64,000 nucleotides of DNA from Anaeromyxobacter sp. (lineage in GTDB: Bacteria > Myxococcota > Myxococcia > Myxococcales > Anaeromyxobacteraceae). Each line of letters opens with the position of its first letter. Position 1 is the stretch's first letter. This document shows, one piece after another, positions 62,454 through 64,000 of this stretch. The notes beneath the pieces were generated by a model. It did no database searches. It had not been told where the DNA came from and saw only the letters and a list, made by a program, of their open reading frames with translations. A program made the position numbers and the translations under genes. The DNA is taken from positions 192,001 to 256,000 of the forward strand of contig JASGJN010000021.1 in the NCBI GenBank assembly GCA_049840735.1, written 5' to 3'.

Positions 62454-63545
62454 TCCCCTGCCCTTCGACTCCGCCGGGGCCGGGGGCCCCGGCTACGCTC
62501 AGGGCGAACGGACTCCTCGAGCGACTCGAGCAGGAGCACGCGCTCGCGCGCGACGAGCTCATCACCCTGCTCGAGACCCCCGGCCTCGACGCCCCGCTGC
62601 TCGCCGCCGCCGACCGCGTCCGGCGCGCCAGCGTGGGCGACGAGGTCCACCTGCGCGGCCTGATCGAGTTCTCCAACCAGTGCGCGCGCAACTGCCTCTA
62701 CTGCGGCCTGCGCAAGGACAACCGCTCGCTCACGCGCTACCGGCTCACGCCGGACCAGGTCCTCGACCTGGCCCGCAAGGCGGTGGGCTACGGCTACCGC
62801 ACCGTGGTGCTCCAGTCCGGCGAGGGGACGCTCTATCGCCACGAGGAGCTGTGCGAGCTCCTGCGGGCCATCCACGGCCTGGGCGTGGCCATCACGCTCT
62901 CCCTCGGCGAGAAGACCCGCGCCCAGTACGAGGCCTACCGGGCCGCCGGGGCGGATCGCTACCTGCTCCGCATCGAGACCACCGACCGCGACCTCTATCA
63001 CCGGCTCGATCCCGGGCATGTCCTTCGACGACCGGGTGCGCTGCCTGCGCGACCTGCGCGAGCTGGGCTACGAGGTGGGCACCGGCTGCCTGGTGGGGCT
63101 GCCCGGCCAGACCCTGGCCTCGCTGGCGGACGACCTGCTCTTCTTCCAGGCCATCGACGCCGACATGATTGGCCTGGGCCCGTTCATCCCCAACCCGCGC
63201 ACGCCGCTGGGGAACGAGCCGGTGGGCAGCCTGGAGCTGGCGCTGCGGGTGATGGCCCTGGCGCGCCTGCTGCGCCCCGACGCCAACATCCCGGCCACCA
63301 CCGCGATGGAGACGCTCGACCCTGGCCGCGGCCGCGTGCGGGCGCTCAAGGGCGGGGCCAACGTGGTGATGCCCAACGTCACCGAGGGTGACGCCCGGCG
63401 GCTCTACGCGCTCTACCCCGGCAAGGCCTGCGCCGGCGAGGACCCGCAGGCCTGCAACGGCTGCCTGGGCAACACCATCGAGGCCATCGGCCGGACCATC
63501 TCGACGGGACAGGGGTTCCGGCGCGGGCGCGCGCCGCAGGCCTGA
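62450..63545 (+). CDS. hydE: H-cluster maturase HydE (radical SAM); +1 frameshift near 63012
   Basis: RGLIEFSNQCARNCLYCGLR, VVLQSGE, RYLLRIET, DMIGLGPFIP, PATTA, GANVVMPN and YALYPGK. GTGA overlap with the hydF stop. Confidence 0.92.
62461..62511 (+). repeat. Palindromic repeat, single arm within the 5' end of hydE (locus E)
   Basis: CCCTTCGACTCCGC-CGGGGCC-GGG-GGCCCCG-GCTACGCTCAGGGCGAACGG, 51 nt long. Confidence 0.9.
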
Positions 63546-63554
63546 GCGCCGCGC

Positions 63555-64000
63555 CTACTTCGCCCCCATCTCCGGCCACGCCTTCACGGCCAGGAAATAG
63601 GCGGCGCCGCCCTTCTCGCCGGTGACCATGTGCAGGAGCCGCTGCCCCTTCTCCACGCTCAGCGTGGACTGGGTGTTGCGGGCCACCAGCGCCACCTCGA
63701 GGGTGACCAGGTTGGGCTTCTCGTCCTGCAGCGTGAGCCCGGCCACGTCGCCGTCGGGCAGGTTCACGAAGACGGTCTTGCCCTTCACCAGCGTGAGCTG
63801 CTCCTCGCGCACCTGCTCCCAGGTCTGGTAGGCCAGCTTGGAGAACTGGCGCTGCAGGTCGTTGAGCTTCGCGTCGATCTTGCCGGGCGTGGCCCGCGAG
63901 CCCTTGATCAGCCGGACGTGCACCGGGACGTCGGCGCGCGCGGCCGCGGGGACGGCGAGGGCCAGGAGGGCGAGGGCGAGGGCGGTGGCGAGGCGGCGGC
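63555..64000 (-). CDS. Hypothetical exported protein; start lies beyond the window
   Basis: The frame stays open to the edge and reads RRLATALALALLALAVPAARA-DVPV, a signal peptide ending in A-x-A. Converges on hydE. Confidence 0.65.
   Translation of the reverse strand, partial: RRLATALALALLALAVPAAARADVPVHVRLIKGSRATPGKIDAKLNDLQRQFSKLAYQTWEQVREEQLTLVKGKTVFVNLPDGDVAGLTLQDEKPNLVTLEVALVARNTQSTLSVEKGQRLLHMVTGEKGGAAYFLAVKAWPEMGAK

Noticed and set aside
60200..63391. 1,063-aa ORF suggesting a HydF-HydE fusion
   Set aside because: It is a frame coincidence. The middle section is out-of-frame hydF sequence caused by the shift at ~61643, and hydF has its own stop at 62453.

Overview
High-GC window, probably from an Anaeromyxobacter-like member of the Myxococcota (inferred from composition and gene content only). 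Bases 1 to ~52,900 hold a large surface-polysaccharide region that looks like two adjacent Wzx/Wzy systems. It includes Wzc, an O-antigen-ligase-like/TPR protein, CDP-sugar genes (rfbF/rfbG), a PglC/D/E/F-like set, WecA, an SLBB export protein, Wzz, two flippases, two candidate polymerases, about a dozen glycosyltransferases, an AsnB-heparinase II/III-like fusion and rmlA/rmlC. Bases ~54,100-63,550 hold a complete [FeFe]-hydrogenase operon: a large hydA with an embedded GltD-like flavin module, then hydG, aspA, hydF and hydE. The most unusual signal is a family of ~50-bp palindromic repeats, CTTCGACTCCGC-[variable hairpin]-GCTACGCTCAGGSCGAACGG, at five loci. Its internal stem varies in sequence while keeping its pairing. 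Two copies have expanded into internal tandem arrays, and two lie inside maturase genes: a ~95-codon, probably in-frame insertion in the HydF GTPase domain and a 17-codon piece at the HydE N-terminus. Most apparent frameshifts are GATC read as GAATC or GATTC, which suggests methylation-linked long-read errors rather than pseudogenes. All functional calls come from motif reading; no database searches were run.
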